Source: Mytilus trossulus (lineage: Eukaryota). From it: DNA of 64,000 bases. Positions within the stretch are counted from its first letter, which is position 1. Each line of letters starts with the position of its first letter. The DNA lies in assembly GCF_036588685.1 (NCBI RefSeq), contig NC_086378.1, forward strand, positions 33,232,001 to 33,296,000. Reading direction: 5' to 3'. Both the position numbers and the translations under genes were made by a program. Shown piece after piece: positions 28,901 to 43,900 of the stretch. Below the pieces are notes generated by a model. The model saw only the letters and a list, made by a program, of their open reading frames with translations, searched no databases and was not told the origin of the DNA.

Positions 28901-31900
28901 TAATAGTCGTGGACCTTCGTAAAATTATTCTACATGCAACGACACTTATTAAATTTGATTTTTCTTGAGATATGTTTAGGATTTCGGGACGTACGATAAG
29001 TTAACTTATGATACCACCAGGTCGGAGGAGATAACACTACAAAATATCCGAATTATAGAGTAGTCAGACGGACAAAATGCCTCTAAAAGACCAAAAACCG
29101 GCCCTCCCCACTCTTCAATATAACAGTGTTGCACTATTTAACCTAAGAAAATGTCAAAGCAAATACATTGTCGTCCTCCCTTACAGCAAAATACGAAAAA
29201 TCAAAACACAGATACTTCCTTGATTCAACATTTGCAACGCTCAAAATAATAAAATGAAAATGAAGGAAAAAAGATGATCTTCATACTATGCCATATACTG
29301 GTGCTCGTTTAATAACTTTTGATTCATAGGCGCCTCTCTCCTGGTAATATTGGTTGCCCCCCCCCTTAATGTGTATATATGATACATCGGAGCAATGGAA
29401 CGGTTATTTTTGCGTATAATTGCGTTTTGCTTATAGTCCTGAACATTCATGAAATATTAGCCACTGGACGATAAGTGACAACTTCGCGTCTATCTTCCAA
29501 ACATGTGTACTGTTAAATCGTCATTTTAAGATCCACAATATATACGGTGCAAAATTTTAGATTTATTTTCTTAATATACAAATTCTGTTTTTTTCTAGAT
29601 GATTTATTCAACATCACTTTTTAAAAACATTGTAGCATCATTTTTTTAGCAAATTTCGAAGTTCCACTTTGACAATTTGCTAAAAGTGTACTATAAAAAA
29701 TAAAAATAAATGTGAAACTTGTCGTTAAATTCAGACTAACGACTTTCAATAATGCCTTTGAAATGTGAATCGTGAAACTCGTGCTTAAAAAATTCCCGCG
29801 GAAATGTGTGTACTCGTGGTTTACGTAATTAACGTATCGGACGTAAGTGTATTTGACACTATTTTTCTCTGTTTGATTATATTAAAATAGTGTATATTTG
29901 CGATATTATTATTATTGAAAAATAAACTTGTTTTAGAAAAGAATGATTTTTTACTAGATAAAACAAAGACTCTTTTAACTGTTATTGTGGAAATGAAATA
30001 CATGCTCCCTTTACGTTCATTCGTTCCTTTCGTCAATTTGCTACTAAGATCTGTCTACGCTCTTCACGTTCTCACTACGACCATACCACGAGTTATCCGA
30101 TTGCAACACGATCTTACTGCGATTATAACACGTTCTTACCACGATTATACTACGTTCATAGCGCGATCTTACTACGTTCTCAGCAATAACGTCAACATCG
30201 AGTTCAATATCAATACAGTTCATGACATAGATGTATCAATATATATAGGAAGATGTGGTATGAGTGCCAATGAGACAACTCTCAATCCAAGTAACAATTT
30301 ATAAAAGTAAACCATTATAGGCCAAGGTACGGTCTTCAACACGCAGCCTTGGCTCACATCAATCAGCACGCTATAAAGGACCCAAAATATTACTAGTTTT
30401 AAACCATTTAAACGGGAAAACCAACGATCTAATCTATATAAAAACGAGAAGCATGGTTGAGCCGTTAGAGCAAATGGATAATTACATTCAAACAAACAAA
30501 ATCTAGGGAGCCTTTTTATATATTTTATATGAAAATGACAATGAGAATGATGGTCGTAGTGTGAACGTAGTCAGGTCGTGAGAAGAGCGTGATGAGGACG
30601 GCAAGGGCGTGCTAGAATCGTACTATGGTCGTGAACAGCGTGGTATAGCCATAGTGGAAGCGTAGTAGGGTCGCAGTGAGAACGTGATGGTCGTAGTGAG
30701 GTCGTGATAACGTCGCTGTGCGATCGTAGCGCAGTCTCTCCGAATAGAAACACGCTCTCGCTACGATTGTACAGCGACCTATGCGATCTTACAACGATCC
30801 TAGTGCGCTCTCACTACGCTTTTACTACGACTTGATTTCGCTACGACCCCACCACGATTGTTTTGAACATGTTCAAAGTTGGCCACGCTCTACACGATCT
30901 AGAAGACCTCACCACGACCTTACTGCGATCTACACGATCGCACTACGATCATCAAAATTTGCATTTTTTTCACAGATCGTAGTGCGATCGTGGCCTAGTG
31001 GCACTGGGGTATAAGCTATGACCAATTTCAAGGTCATAAACCAAGGACCTCAAATCAAAAGAGCATAGGTCTAAATTATATTTGGTAAATGAGTTATATC
31101 ACCATACACGTATTTTTAAATACAAGAGGAGGAAAAATATCCCTTTTATGTTCATCGTACCCTTGCAATAAAAATTAACGTGTTACGGCATGTCACAACT
31201 AACAATTTAGTAATAATAATTTTTCGATAACCTATATGGTTTTCGGAAATAAGCCAAAATAAAACAAATTAGAATATGACCTTGACCTTTGACCTTGACA
31301 TTATTTTCACATTTTTGTACTAAGGATCTCAAATCAAAAATTCCTTGGTCTCTATCAATTATGGTTTACAAGATAGAAATGCATATCACTTATATCAAAT
31401 GAATAAGGGGAAATAACTCTCATATAGAGTGTTCATATCGATTCGGTCAAAATACAACAAATCATGCGAAAGATATAACGAGCAATTTTATCAAATAAAT
31501 TTTCCGTAATCTTTAACGGTTGTGAAGTAGTAGTAGAAACAAGGAGAACAGTGTTTGGGGAGACAACTCCTAGAAAGAAAAGTATTCGGCTACGCAGGGT
31601 AAATTTCAAAGGCGTATAAACTGTTCGATATCATATACCAAGTATCTAAGCGACATATTGCAAGACAAATATTTATCACAAGACCAAAATTAGGCGGAAG
31701 AAAAAAATAAAAAAATCAGAAGAAATACAATAGGTTTTTCCACAGAAAAGTGGAAAGACCTTATAATCAGATAAAATACAATAGTTCTATCCACATAAAA
31801 GTGGAAAGACCTAATAATAATAATAATAATAATTAGAACAAATACTAGGTCTTTCAACAGAAAAGTGGAAAGACCTAATAATCAGAACAAATACAATAAG

Positions 31901-34900
31901 TCTTTCCACAGAAAAGTGGAAAGAGATAATTACCAAAGAAAAAATATAGATTTTCAAAAAATATCAGTGTGTGCCTCATCTATTTTGAATTCACCCAATA
32001 AAAGCCATACCTACATTTTGTACCAAATTATTATCATTAATGATGTGCGTAGTTGAAAATTGTTTATCATGTAATATGCTAATCTTATTCAAACGTCAGG
32101 TGAATTATTTTATTGTATTTGATTATTTCGCCAGATACACATTATTTGTAACATATTAATTAGTAAATCACGTGACTGTCTAAATGTGTATTACACCATT
32201 GCACTACAAAATGAATGTTGTGGCCACTGAATACACTTTTCTGGCATCTTCTTATTTCATGTCCATTACAATATTTGCTGTTCATTAGTTATAAGTGAAT
32301 TGAATTGGATTTAAAGTACTTGTACTGTTTGAGGATTGTTTCCAACAATATGCATAGATGAGCTAGAGATACATGCATTTTCTTTTTGCATGTTTGTAAA
32401 GCTGTGTGTTGGAATGTGCAAGTCATTACATTCAAGCAATTTAGCAGAACAATAAAATAAATAAACTATAGGTTTGTAATAGAATGCGTCTCCCTGCAAC
32501 AATTGTGGTTTTGAAATCCAAATCATTGATCTAATTGTATTTTGTCAAATCGCATTACTGACCTTTTGCAATCGAATTGTACGGAAAAGCATTTCGTAGT
32601 TTCCAAGAGGGGTCTGCTTCTAATGCAACACTGCTTTCAATGTTTTAGTGTAATATTTGCTCAAGGTTATTTATCAGTAACGAATTTTACACTAATTAGT
32701 ATCTATGAATAATGAAGAATCTTGTGTAAACGATTCAAGAAAAAAAAGTTAAGATGGCTTTAAAATTTTAACATACAACTCCACATTTTAACTACAATAA
32801 GCATGATAAGTGTCGCTAAAGAGCCTGTTTCACAAAACAAGAGACGATCAAGAGCCTGAATCGTTTACCTGTAATTGCTTGCTTAAATATGTTATTAATG
32901 ATAATTTTTGCTTTTCAATACATATAATTGTGTGGCTTAAAAATGCCATTTAAATGTTCTTTGTATCTGTCATATTTCAAAAAACTACAAAATTTCCTTA
33001 AAATAACAAAGTTACTGGCAGCAACCCAACAATTGGTTGTTCGGTTCGTCTGAAAATTTCAGGGCTAGTAGATCTTCACCTATTAGACATTTTTACCCGT
33101 TTTAGATTATCGAAAAAAGCTTTAGTTTTAAAGATATAAGCCAAAAATTGCATTTGACCCCAATTCTAGTTTTACCCAAGACGGCCATCTTTGTCGATAA
33201 ATCTCACAAATTCGGATACAATTTATAAACTTGACTACTAGAGGAACATTCAGTTAAAGCTTAGAAGAATTTGGCCTAGTAGTTTCATTGGAGAAGATTT
33301 TTAAATGTTAGCAAAAATGATAAACAAATTGTGTAAAAACAAAAATAAAAGGGCAATAACTTATAAATGGGTCAATTGACCATTTTGGTCTTTTAATTTT
33401 TTTGTAGATTTTACTTCTCTGAACATTATTGTTGTTTACAGTTTACAACTCTTTAAATAATAATACTGAAAATAATAATAACCAAAAACTGCAAAATTTC
33501 CTTAAAACTACCAATTAAGTAGCAACAACCCAACAATAGGTTGTTTGATTCGTCTGAAAATTTCATGGCTGATAGATTTGACCTGTTGAAAGATTTAACT
33601 CATGTTTAATTTGCTCTAAATACTTTGGTTTTTGAGATATAAGCTAAAAAGTACATTTGACCCCTATGTTCTATTTTTAGCCTTGGTAGCCATGTTTGTA
33701 GATGGACCAAAAAAACAAAAAAGATGGATACAATTGATAAACTAAGTATTTTAAAGAATATTCAGGAAAAATTTGAAGGAATTTGGTCTAGTAGTTTCAG
33801 AGGAGAAGATTTTTTAAATAGTTTACGACGACGGACGACGACAGACGACAAAGACGATGGCAGACGACGGATGACGACAGACACCAAGTGATGGCATAAG
33901 CTCACATGGGGTTCTTCGAGCCCGGTGAGCTAAACAAGATCCCCGTGCATCCTCAACAATGGATGCTCTTTAACATTGTAAATGAAATATAATTCAGAAG
34001 TAAAACATTCTACTTTTGTTTTATTAGTATCTAAGAAATAATTCTTTCAAGCAGTTCTCAATGCTCATTTTACTACTGATAGACATTATAATTATCAATA
34101 TCTCTAAACCTAGAAAATAAAATGTCATGGTAGAATGCTGATATTTGTTTTAATGTTTATTTCATCTCTATCTTCTATCGAAAAAAAAATGCAAAATAAC
34201 ATTCAAAGGCAATATTTCCTACACTCAGTCTAAAAAGACTTATTTGTTGATATCATCTTGATTGGCAATCTTTTTTACAGTTTCTATATATTTAATAAAT
34301 CGTTTTCAATATGATAGGCAAAACTTAAGATATTGATGATTATTATCATTTGAGAAGAACAACTCCCTTTTTTATTAGTCGTATGACAATTTTTGCCATC
34401 GTGACTTTTTGGTAGAAAATGTTTTGTTTTTGCTATATAAAGTGTAAACATGTATATATCTATTATCATGAAAATAGACTAAGATGCAAAAAAAATGGAT
34501 TTTTTTTATTAATGGCGACTACGCCTATGACATGTATAACAAGCTGTCTGACATTTAGATGTAAATAGACAGTTGAAGTATAAATATGCCACTATTTTAA
34601 CATTTTCGCCATATTCAGATTTCTGTATACATAGCGCTTTTAAAGAACATAGACATGAAGAGGCTATGATATTAAAGGGACATTCAAATTCATAATTCGA
34701 AAATAAAGTGAAAACACCATAGCTAAAAATGAAAAAGATAAACAGTCAATATACAGTACACAAAACTACTTAGAAACGCAAATAAAGCAAAGCAACCAAA
34801 ACCCAACCAAAAATTGGGGGTAATCTCAGATGCTCAGGGACGGTAACCAGATCCTGCTCTACATGTTGCACTTTTCGTGTTGCTCATACAAGTACATGCA

Positions 34901-37900
34901 TTTGAATTAAACCCATATGTTCTAAGTTTACCGAAGTCGACCATGTTTGTTGGTTGAAGTATCATCGGCCATATTTTATAACAAGCTACAACAATTATGT
35001 TTATAGTCAGGTTTTGTTCAAATACATTTTGCGGAGAAGGTTTCCTGATGGTTAAATAATGTGATCGATGTCTAAAAGCTTCAACTAAAGACAGTTGTTA
35101 CTTGTAAATTGCAAAGCAAGACCATTTATCAGTATAACTATAAAAAAAACGATGCAATTTATTATCATAATTCTTTGACACCAGACTGTATATTATTATA
35201 TTTTCTAGAATTTCACGGAGGATTAACGTGATAGATTATGTTTAAATATATCATAATCAATTATTCTGAACAATATTTTGTAGTCAATAAAAATGAGAAT
35301 AGTCCAGCAGCTAAGCCCAGTATATTAAAATGTTTGATCACGTTATCGTAAAAGCATGATGAAACCTTAAACAGTGTAAGTCTTGATGCCAATACACATT
35401 TATGGATCTTGAGCAACGTACATAAAAATCTATCATGGGATGCCAAATTAAAGATGGCTGACATTAGTCACTGTGCTTGTACAACACATACACTTAATGT
35501 TGTTTAGCAATTACAAGAACTCAGAAAATATTCAGGACTTACGTATCAACTGAAAGACCAGGGTAGCTTTTTTTTAAATATACGCATCTATTATGTAAAC
35601 AAATGCTAAAACAAACGTGTTTTCTTTATTCACAAAAAAATTTAAAATACATACAGTAGTTGAAAATGTAATGTCTTCTGATAGTTACATGTATTGTTAA
35701 AATGTATATATTTGACAGCATTTGACTTTCTTGAATAATTTGTTTTTGTCAGTTAACAAGGAAGATTGGAAATGTTCAGATTTTTCAGATTTTCAAACAT
35801 TCGTTTGACTTGCTTTTATTTTTCCATTGCTGTAGTTTGCGTTTTGAAAAAAAAATATTTACAGAAATTCCATCTTTTGTTCCTTAGAAATAAATAAAAA
35901 CAAAGAATATTTTGACTCAACTCATTTGGTTTTCTCGCATGCAACAATGCATATGACGTCTTATGAACATCAGTAAATGTTAATTTGCTAGTACAAATTT
36001 TATGGCAATGGGAAAAAGTACTCCTACCCTTCTCATCAAACAGGAAAACATTACCCTTGCCAATGCAAATTTTAGCGTAAATGTATATGTTTGACAGAGA
36101 ATGACTTGAAATTCTCAAACTAAGTATCAAAATTGTTCATATTCCACTCATTCTTATAAACTACTTTTATTCGAAGTATCCCAGATTGTTTAAATCCATT
36201 TCTGTAATGGCAGATTAAAAAAAAAACGGAAAGGATGGAAGTAACGGTTTATCACAATATACAACCCGTTCAGTGATTTCGTACATATTTTGACATGCAA
36301 ATTCGTCATTTGCATTTTATGTCTTATTTTAAAAGTAAAGTTATAGCGCGTTTGCTTATACTTATTGATTTAAACTTCGACAACTATTGTTTATTTTGAC
36401 TATTTCCTTTATATCAAATGTGATACCTGTTGAAAATTGTATAAGATATAAAAGAAAATCTTATTTGATTGCCAATGAGACAACTATTCACAAGAAACCA
36501 AACAACACAGAAATTAAACATTGTAGGTCACTATACGGCCTTCAGCAATGAGGAAAGCCCATACCAAATGGTCAGCTTTAAATTGCCTCTCAAAATGACA
36601 AATTTGAAACAATTTAAGCGAGAAAACTAATAACAAAACTACTTTACAAAAATTGAACGAAAAACAAATATGTAGCATAGCAACAAACGACAACCACTGA
36701 ATTACACGCTCCTGACTTGGTATAGGCACAAACCTACATAATGTGGCGGGTTTAACATGCAAGCGGGATCCCAACCTTCCACCTTACCTGAGTCGTCTCA
36801 TTGTTAGATATAAAATCCTCACAATTGATTCGTAGAAATGTTAACTAGAGATAGCAAATTTGTATTTGGGAATACAATTTATGTGTAGGAATTTAATGAT
36901 ACTGTATCATGAGGTAGTATTTTTATAACGGTAAAAACATGAAAAAGTATACTGTAAACAAACCACTTTACTATCAAATAAGCATAGGTTCAAACCATCT
37001 AATAAGGAATGAAAGCATCTAAACACATGACATCAAAAAAGAAGTATTCACTGGTGTCACTATTCGACTAAATATTTCTGATTTCTATAATTTCACATTA
37101 GTCAAATCTAATTTGTAGTGTAGGATATCACCTATCAACGATGAGAAACAATGATACTACGTTTAAAGGTTTTGACAATTTCGGATAATTCAGTAAATAG
37201 GGAATATTTATGATGTAGTAGGTTAACAGTAGTCCAGGTATACAATACTTTGTTTTCAGATACTAATATTAAATGGTCAACTCAACATGATGCTTAAGTA
37301 TGAGAGCTTTTAAAAATATAAATTGAAATGTTAAACTTTGTATTCATTAAACTTCCGAAAAACAAAAAATATTCAATCTAATAATCTAGCAGAAAAGAAA
37401 ACCTCCTTTCATTACAGCAGTCATGACAGCCGTTTGAAATATCGAATTTGAAAATGCATGCATTCAATTAGACTTTCAAGAGTAGAAGAATTAGTAATTT
37501 ACATTTTGTTTTCAAATTGCTTAATTTTTACCTTTCTCTAAGAAGATCCAAACTCTCTTCTTTATATTCATGCCCGCCCTTCCAAGATATATCCATATAC
37601 CATCCGTAGATTCACGTTCAATTGGAGCTTCGTCCCCCACCAAAATCTTAGTTAGTGTTGTCTTGCCAACTGCGAACTTGCCCGTCAAAAATACCCTGTT
37701 CCAGTAGCATTTATACGATCCAGTCTTTAGAAGATTATCAAATTGCTTATCAGAAAGCTTCGTCAATTCATCTTCGAGGCCTGTAATCAAAATTATTATT
37801 AATAGAATATAATGAATCTTTTATGGTAAAATTCACTTGTTTTGGTCTAAATGATGTGAAAATAATGCAGATACAAATTTCAGCATGCGAACCAGAATAT

Positions 37901-40900
37901 GCTACTATTTGGATGGTTTCACGATGAACCAACGTACATCTTTTTAGGTTGTCGAGCAGCCAGAGCTGTTTTTTTTGTTAATAAAACATATCACATAGAA
38001 TAATATTTCATCTTGATTTGATTCTCTAAATCCTGAAAATTTCATTGCAAAACCCTGTAACCACTATTTGTTGAATTAAAATGAACATTTTGACATATTT
38101 TAAGTACAAGTAATGCGCCTTTAAGACTGATTTATTTAAAATTTTCAAAAATAAAGTGTCTCTGTTCATACCTGAAATAGTAAAAAAAATATTTTACTTT
38201 AAATTGTTACGTTACTGTGCATGGCATCACCAACAAGAGTTTTATTGTCTACCTTTATTTGCAAAACGTCAAAGTAAACTTGAAACAGGACCTGTGTTGT
38301 TCAGTCAATGGCTTGTCTAATTATTAAAGAAAAAGTGTCATCGATTTTCATAATGTTAAATGTAACTGATAGCTAAACGTATAATTCTATACTATTGCAG
38401 GTTTTTTTACTGAAGCCGGCTAATGTCATGAGGTAGTTTTTTTTTAAGTCAATATCACAACTCAGTAACTTTCTTTAACGATTTAGATAATGAAAGATTG
38501 AGACTTAGCTCAATCATAATTATGCCTTAGATACATATTATTACGCCTAAGCATACATCGCATAGCAGATACAGTAAGCTCACTCGATACGAACGATTGA
38601 GACTAAACTAATTCTTTGTCACAACTAACTAACTCATTATAAAGAAAAAAGTCAATTCGTTATACATGTTAAAACGGTTTCAGTTAATTGTGTATACCGT
38701 GTGATAGTAAAGTCGCGATACCGCGGTTGCTTAGTCTTTAAAATGCGTAAACTAATGTGTAGATCGTTTGATTTACTTGTTAGACTAACTGTTATTACGT
38801 GTTACTTTTAATTACGTTGTTACGAATTTCTTAAAAGTGATAACGGATTAAAATAAAACTATATCCGGAACTGAACTAACTACTGTAGATTACTTTGAAT
38901 TTACATAATCTCTGAATAAAACTATTGTTATTTCAGAAATTGTTGCGAGGTTTTTATAAATGATATTAATGCGACATGGTGATTATCACAAAAATGCGCA
39001 CTCGCATTTTTATATCTGATAGATATATATATACCTTTATGCCGATTTTGAATGATAACGTGTTGCGTGTGTTAATATAAAAATGAAGATGTGGTAGTAT
39101 TACCAATGAGACAATTTATCAAAAGAGACAAAATGACACAGGAGATAACAAATGACAACTTGTCCAGCTTGCATCAATATATATATATTACATAGAAGAT
39201 TCAATTTTAAATGTGTTTACAGTTAAGAACAGCCATTTACAATCATATAGAAATCAAAGGTATCATAACTTCAACATTATACTAAATTATGAAAGCTCGT
39301 CAGTAATCGCAAAGATGACAAATAATTTCTGCTTGCTGTTCATTTATTAAGAGATTTGTAAGTGTGTCAAAATCAGGTCTATTTAATTTATTTTTTCGAC
39401 TTAAATATCACATTTATCATTTTCTTCCTTTAGATCAAACAATAGACTCTTGTTTTATATTATACTTTAATTTTTCAGAAAATTTTGTTTTCGTACTGAT
39501 TTGGTTTTGTAAATTTCATTTCGTTTTATACCGTTCTAATTCCGTTTCGGACATGTAACAGGCATCCACTTTTTAGTGCTATCCCCTTTTCCAATTTTTA
39601 ATTAAAAATCAAAACATTCAAACTTTCAAAAAACGAAATGATCAAAACCATACGTTCAGTTTAGCATTATAAAAGTTCCTTAAAATAACTGAAGGTTGGT
39701 ATTTATTAAAACATTTAAATTGCACCTGATGTTCAGTGGTTGTCGTTTGTTGATGCAGTTCATAAGTGTTTCTCGTTTCTCGTTTTGAAAATAGATTAGA
39801 CCGTTGGTTTTCCCGTTTCAATGTTTTTTTAACACTGGTAATTTTTGGGGCCCAACATAGCTTTATTGTTCGGTGTGAGAAAAGGCTCCGTGTTGAAGAC
39901 CGTACTTTGACCTATAATGGTTTGCTTTTACAAATTATAATTTGGATGAAGATTTGTCTCATTTGCACTCATGCCACATCATCTTATATCTATTAAATTT
40001 TAAAACGGACTTTACAATTTTATAATTCTTATTGTTTGGTGAAATTTTCAAAATTAAAGAAAAAAAAATCCAAATTTCAAAACTTTAATTAATAATCCTA
40101 AAAACTGAAATTTTAAAACTTTAAAATTTTGAATTGACAAGTGTTACACGGACCGAGATCTTCTTGTTTCTTCAATTAAGATATATTGACAATTTTCATG
40201 CATCCTTTCAGATTTGGCGATTGGTATAAGGGAAAAGAATATTTAGTTGATAAATGTATGTCAGGAACATGTAACTTAGTGATTGTCGTCTGTTGCTTTG
40301 TAAGATATTGTTATTCCTTCTTTATGTTGTACATAAGGTAGGCCGTTAGTTTTTTCGCCTGAACTTTTGTACATAATTATGTCATATTGGGGTCTTTCAT
40401 AGCTGACAATAGTAATAGTAATAATAAAAGTCTTTATTTAACGAAGGTAACACATTTAACAATGCGGTATGGGGTTTGCCAATTGTTGAAGGCTGTACGG
40501 TTACATAAATTTGTTAATGTCTTAGTCATTCGGTCTATTGTGGAGAGTTTATTACATTAACAATCATACCACACGTCTTTGTATACATGTATATCAGTTT
40601 TGAATAGTGAAACTCAATGCTATTTGGAAAGCAATAACGGTCATATAAAATACGAATAAACGTATATTCATAACTCTGATGCCGATAAATTTTTCCAAAT
40701 ACAACTTAGTTAATACTGGAATTTGATTTAAACTCTAAATTATTCTTTCGTAACATGCAGAAATAAATATTGAATAAAGAATAAAACAAATCAAATATTA
40801 AGAAAACCATTCATCATGTGACCGTAAAACTCATTAATTCATGAAAACTCAAAAAACTTTTGACTTGACATTATATAGTGGAAAAAAGTATGTAACGTGT

Positions 40901-43900
40901 AGTTAAACCTAGATATCTTACAAATCATAAGTTTTATTGATAACTGCATAAAATCTCTGATATGAAAAACAGTAAACTATCCCTGTTGTTTGGTCACGAG
41001 TTGCAAATATTGATATTTGTATTCTTAGATTCATTTTTATCAATACAGTGTCATATAATGAAAGTATATAACACATTGTAAGAAACAATGTCTTTCTTTC
41101 CGCGTCAATAGTTCGTTTTTAGCAACGACGTTGATAACCTTTTGAAAAAACCTATCATTGTATGATTTCTTTCATTTGGATATAACTTTTAAAGTTTTTT
41201 AACAAGAAATAGTGTTTCATTTCTAACCATGCTTACATTTATGAAAACAATTATCTAATTTGTAAAGTCATTTCTACATGTGCATGTACGCTAATCAATA
41301 TACATTTTGTATTTCAACACAAAGGATCGAACACTTTACTATCACTCAGTGACAAATAGTTAGCAACTGGTCTTATTTAAGGAGGCTCACGGGTATAAGA
41401 TTTTCAGAAAAAAATTAAACATTATTTTTCATTACAAGTTTTATTGATTACCTTTCGTAGTTGTTACTTTATCATATGGTGCAAAAATCATTCCAAAAAA
41501 TCAATTCGTGTTGGCCCTAGATGACTTTTAAAATGTACATATCATTGAAAAAGTTCTAAATTTTCTCCCTTTGATGCAAAAATGCCATTTTTTTGAGAAA
41601 ATATACGCATTTCTAATGTTCCAGAAGCAGATGGAGAAGACTTGACTAATATTTTAATTGAAATTGCTGGTTCGATAGGGGTAGTCATAAAGCCAGACAA
41701 CATTAACGCCATACATAAAATTGGTCCGAAGCGCGAGGGGAAGGCACGCCAAGTCATTGCTAGATTCGTCCACCGTAAGCCCCGATTTCTGTTGTTGAAG
41801 AATCGTGCCGAGCTGAGAAAAAATGAACGTTTTAAGAACATTTTTATAGCTGAAGACCTTACAAAGCTGAAATTAAAGCTACTCTTTTACATTAAAAAGC
41901 AGACCAATGTAAAATCAGCATTTACAAAAGAGGGAAGGATTCACTGTACGCTAAATAACGATTCAAAGGTTACAATTGATAGTCCGGATGACTTGTTTAA
42001 AATTGGAATGGATACCGTGGATTATAAAGCTTTAGGATTGCCCGAATTTTAGGGGTGCGAAGGAAGTCAAAAGGAGCACAGTGTTGAAATAAATTCAAAA
42101 TCTGAAAATCTGCCCATATTCATAAGTGAAAGTGATCGTCAAAATTGTGAAATTCAAAATGTGAAAGGCCAGCTAAAAGTTCTGTCGTTAAATGTGTGTG
42201 GGTTGGTTTCAAAAAGTAAAATCCCCGATTTTGTGGAGTTAATTTCATCATATGATATATTGTGTTTTACTGAATCAAAATTTGATGCATATGATGATGT
42301 TCATTTATCTGGTTATGAATTACTACCACCTATAATACGTGATAAATGTAGAGATAAGTCTGGTGGTATAGCAGTATTTGTAAAAAGTTCTATTTACAAA
42401 TATGTGAAAGTTATAGTCAATGTATATATTTGTTCTCTATTGTGAATTTGTTGCCAAGTGATTTGTTGTTTGGGATAGTATATATCCCCCCCTGAAAATA
42501 GTGTTTATGGTTCAGTTGATATATTTGATGAGATTTTAGAAAAAATAATTGATATCACTGTTGATAAAAATACCAAGTGTGCCTACTATGGGACTTTAAT
42601 GCCCATACAGGGACTCATGATGACTTTATTATTGTAAATGATACAATCCTAGACAGCCTGCTGATCGACGAGAATTCCAGAAAATATATGAACAGTATTA
42701 ATGCTCTGTATGAATTGGGTATCCCAATTAAGCGTTCTTCGAAGGACATTTCGAATATAAATAATTATGGACACAAATTATTGGAATTTTGTAAAAATTT
42801 AGATCTATATATTGTTAATGGTAGAATTAGTAATGATCAATTAGTAGGGGCTGTTACAACAAGTAAAACACACGTATTGATTATGCTATTGTTTCACCTA
42901 TGTTATTTAAATTGTTTTTCATACTTCAATATTGAAAATGTTGATCCAATTTTGAGTGATATTCATTGTCCAGTTGTCATACATTTTGATACTTCTGTAA
43001 TACTTGAACATGTTGAATCTGTTGATACTCTGTCACATGATGATAAAAGCAATGTTGTATACAAATCAAAATGGAAGAATAATAATGCAAATGTATTTTT
43101 AGAAAATTTGAATGATGAAAATATTCATGATTTAGTTGAAAAACTTGAAAATCTAGATGTCAATAATATTAATGTTGAAACTGTCAACAATTTAATATTG
43201 AATTGTAATTCAATTATTAAAAATGCTGCTGATAAAGCTGACATGATTGTAGAATTCAAACCCAAGAACAGTCGACTTGGTGTCAGGTCAAAAAAATGTT
43301 AACCTTATTTTAATCAAGATTGTTATTTAAAACGTAAAGCATATCGTAAATGTAAAAATCTCCACTGGAGATTACAAAGGGCTGAAACAAAAGAAAATAT
43401 AATTGCTAGTAGTAGAGAGTATAAACGTACGCTTAACAAGCAGTTTAGAGAATATCAGAAGTCTGTTATAGACAAATTGAAAAATTTGCGTAAATCTGAT
43501 TCAAAAGCATACTGGTCTCTTTTGAACAAATGTGATACAAAAGGTAACAAAGCTGTAAACAAAACTGCTATGGATGTATTATATGATCATTGCAAAAATC
43601 TTAATGCTCTTGATGAGCAGGATGATAACGATATTATATTACCTAATAATATTACTGATTATAATATTGAATTAAATCGAGATATTACTGAAGACGAAGT
43701 ATTGCATGCTGTCAAATCATTGAAAAATAATAAAGCATGTGGTGGTGATCTTATATTGAATGAAATTTTGAAATATGGTACAGTAAAGTTGATGCCTGTT
43801 TTTGTAAGAATATTTAATATTGTATTTCATAGTGGTATTATACCTGATAGTTGGTCAGAAGGTTATATATGTCCTATATTTAAGAATAAAGGTAATCCAA

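Larger units (their letters stand above)
27552..31011 (+). mobile_element. PIF/Harbinger-like non-autonomous element, tandemly duplicated (second left end at ~28596), TAA TSD
   Basis: Left end taa|agcccccagtcccactagaccacgatcgcac; right end gtgcgatcgtggcctagtggcactggggta|taa. Subterminal arrays rich in cacga/ctacg. Host repeat sequence resumes on both sides. Confidence 0.75.
25400..31935 (+). mobile_element. Two tandem, related copies of a Helentron/HINE-like repeat (about 25400-26440, and 26935-27550 + 31012-31935), interrupted by younger inserts
   Basis: Shared motifs gattccaaaaatat, gaccttgacctttgac and tatctaagcgacatattgc in both copies. Terminal ~45-bp tandem units (ttccacagaaaagtggaaagacct) at 31715-31930. 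Boundaries approximate. Confidence 0.55.

Noticed and set aside
41542-41841. Minus-strand 99-aa ORF
   Set aside because: Antisense shadow of LINE ORF1.
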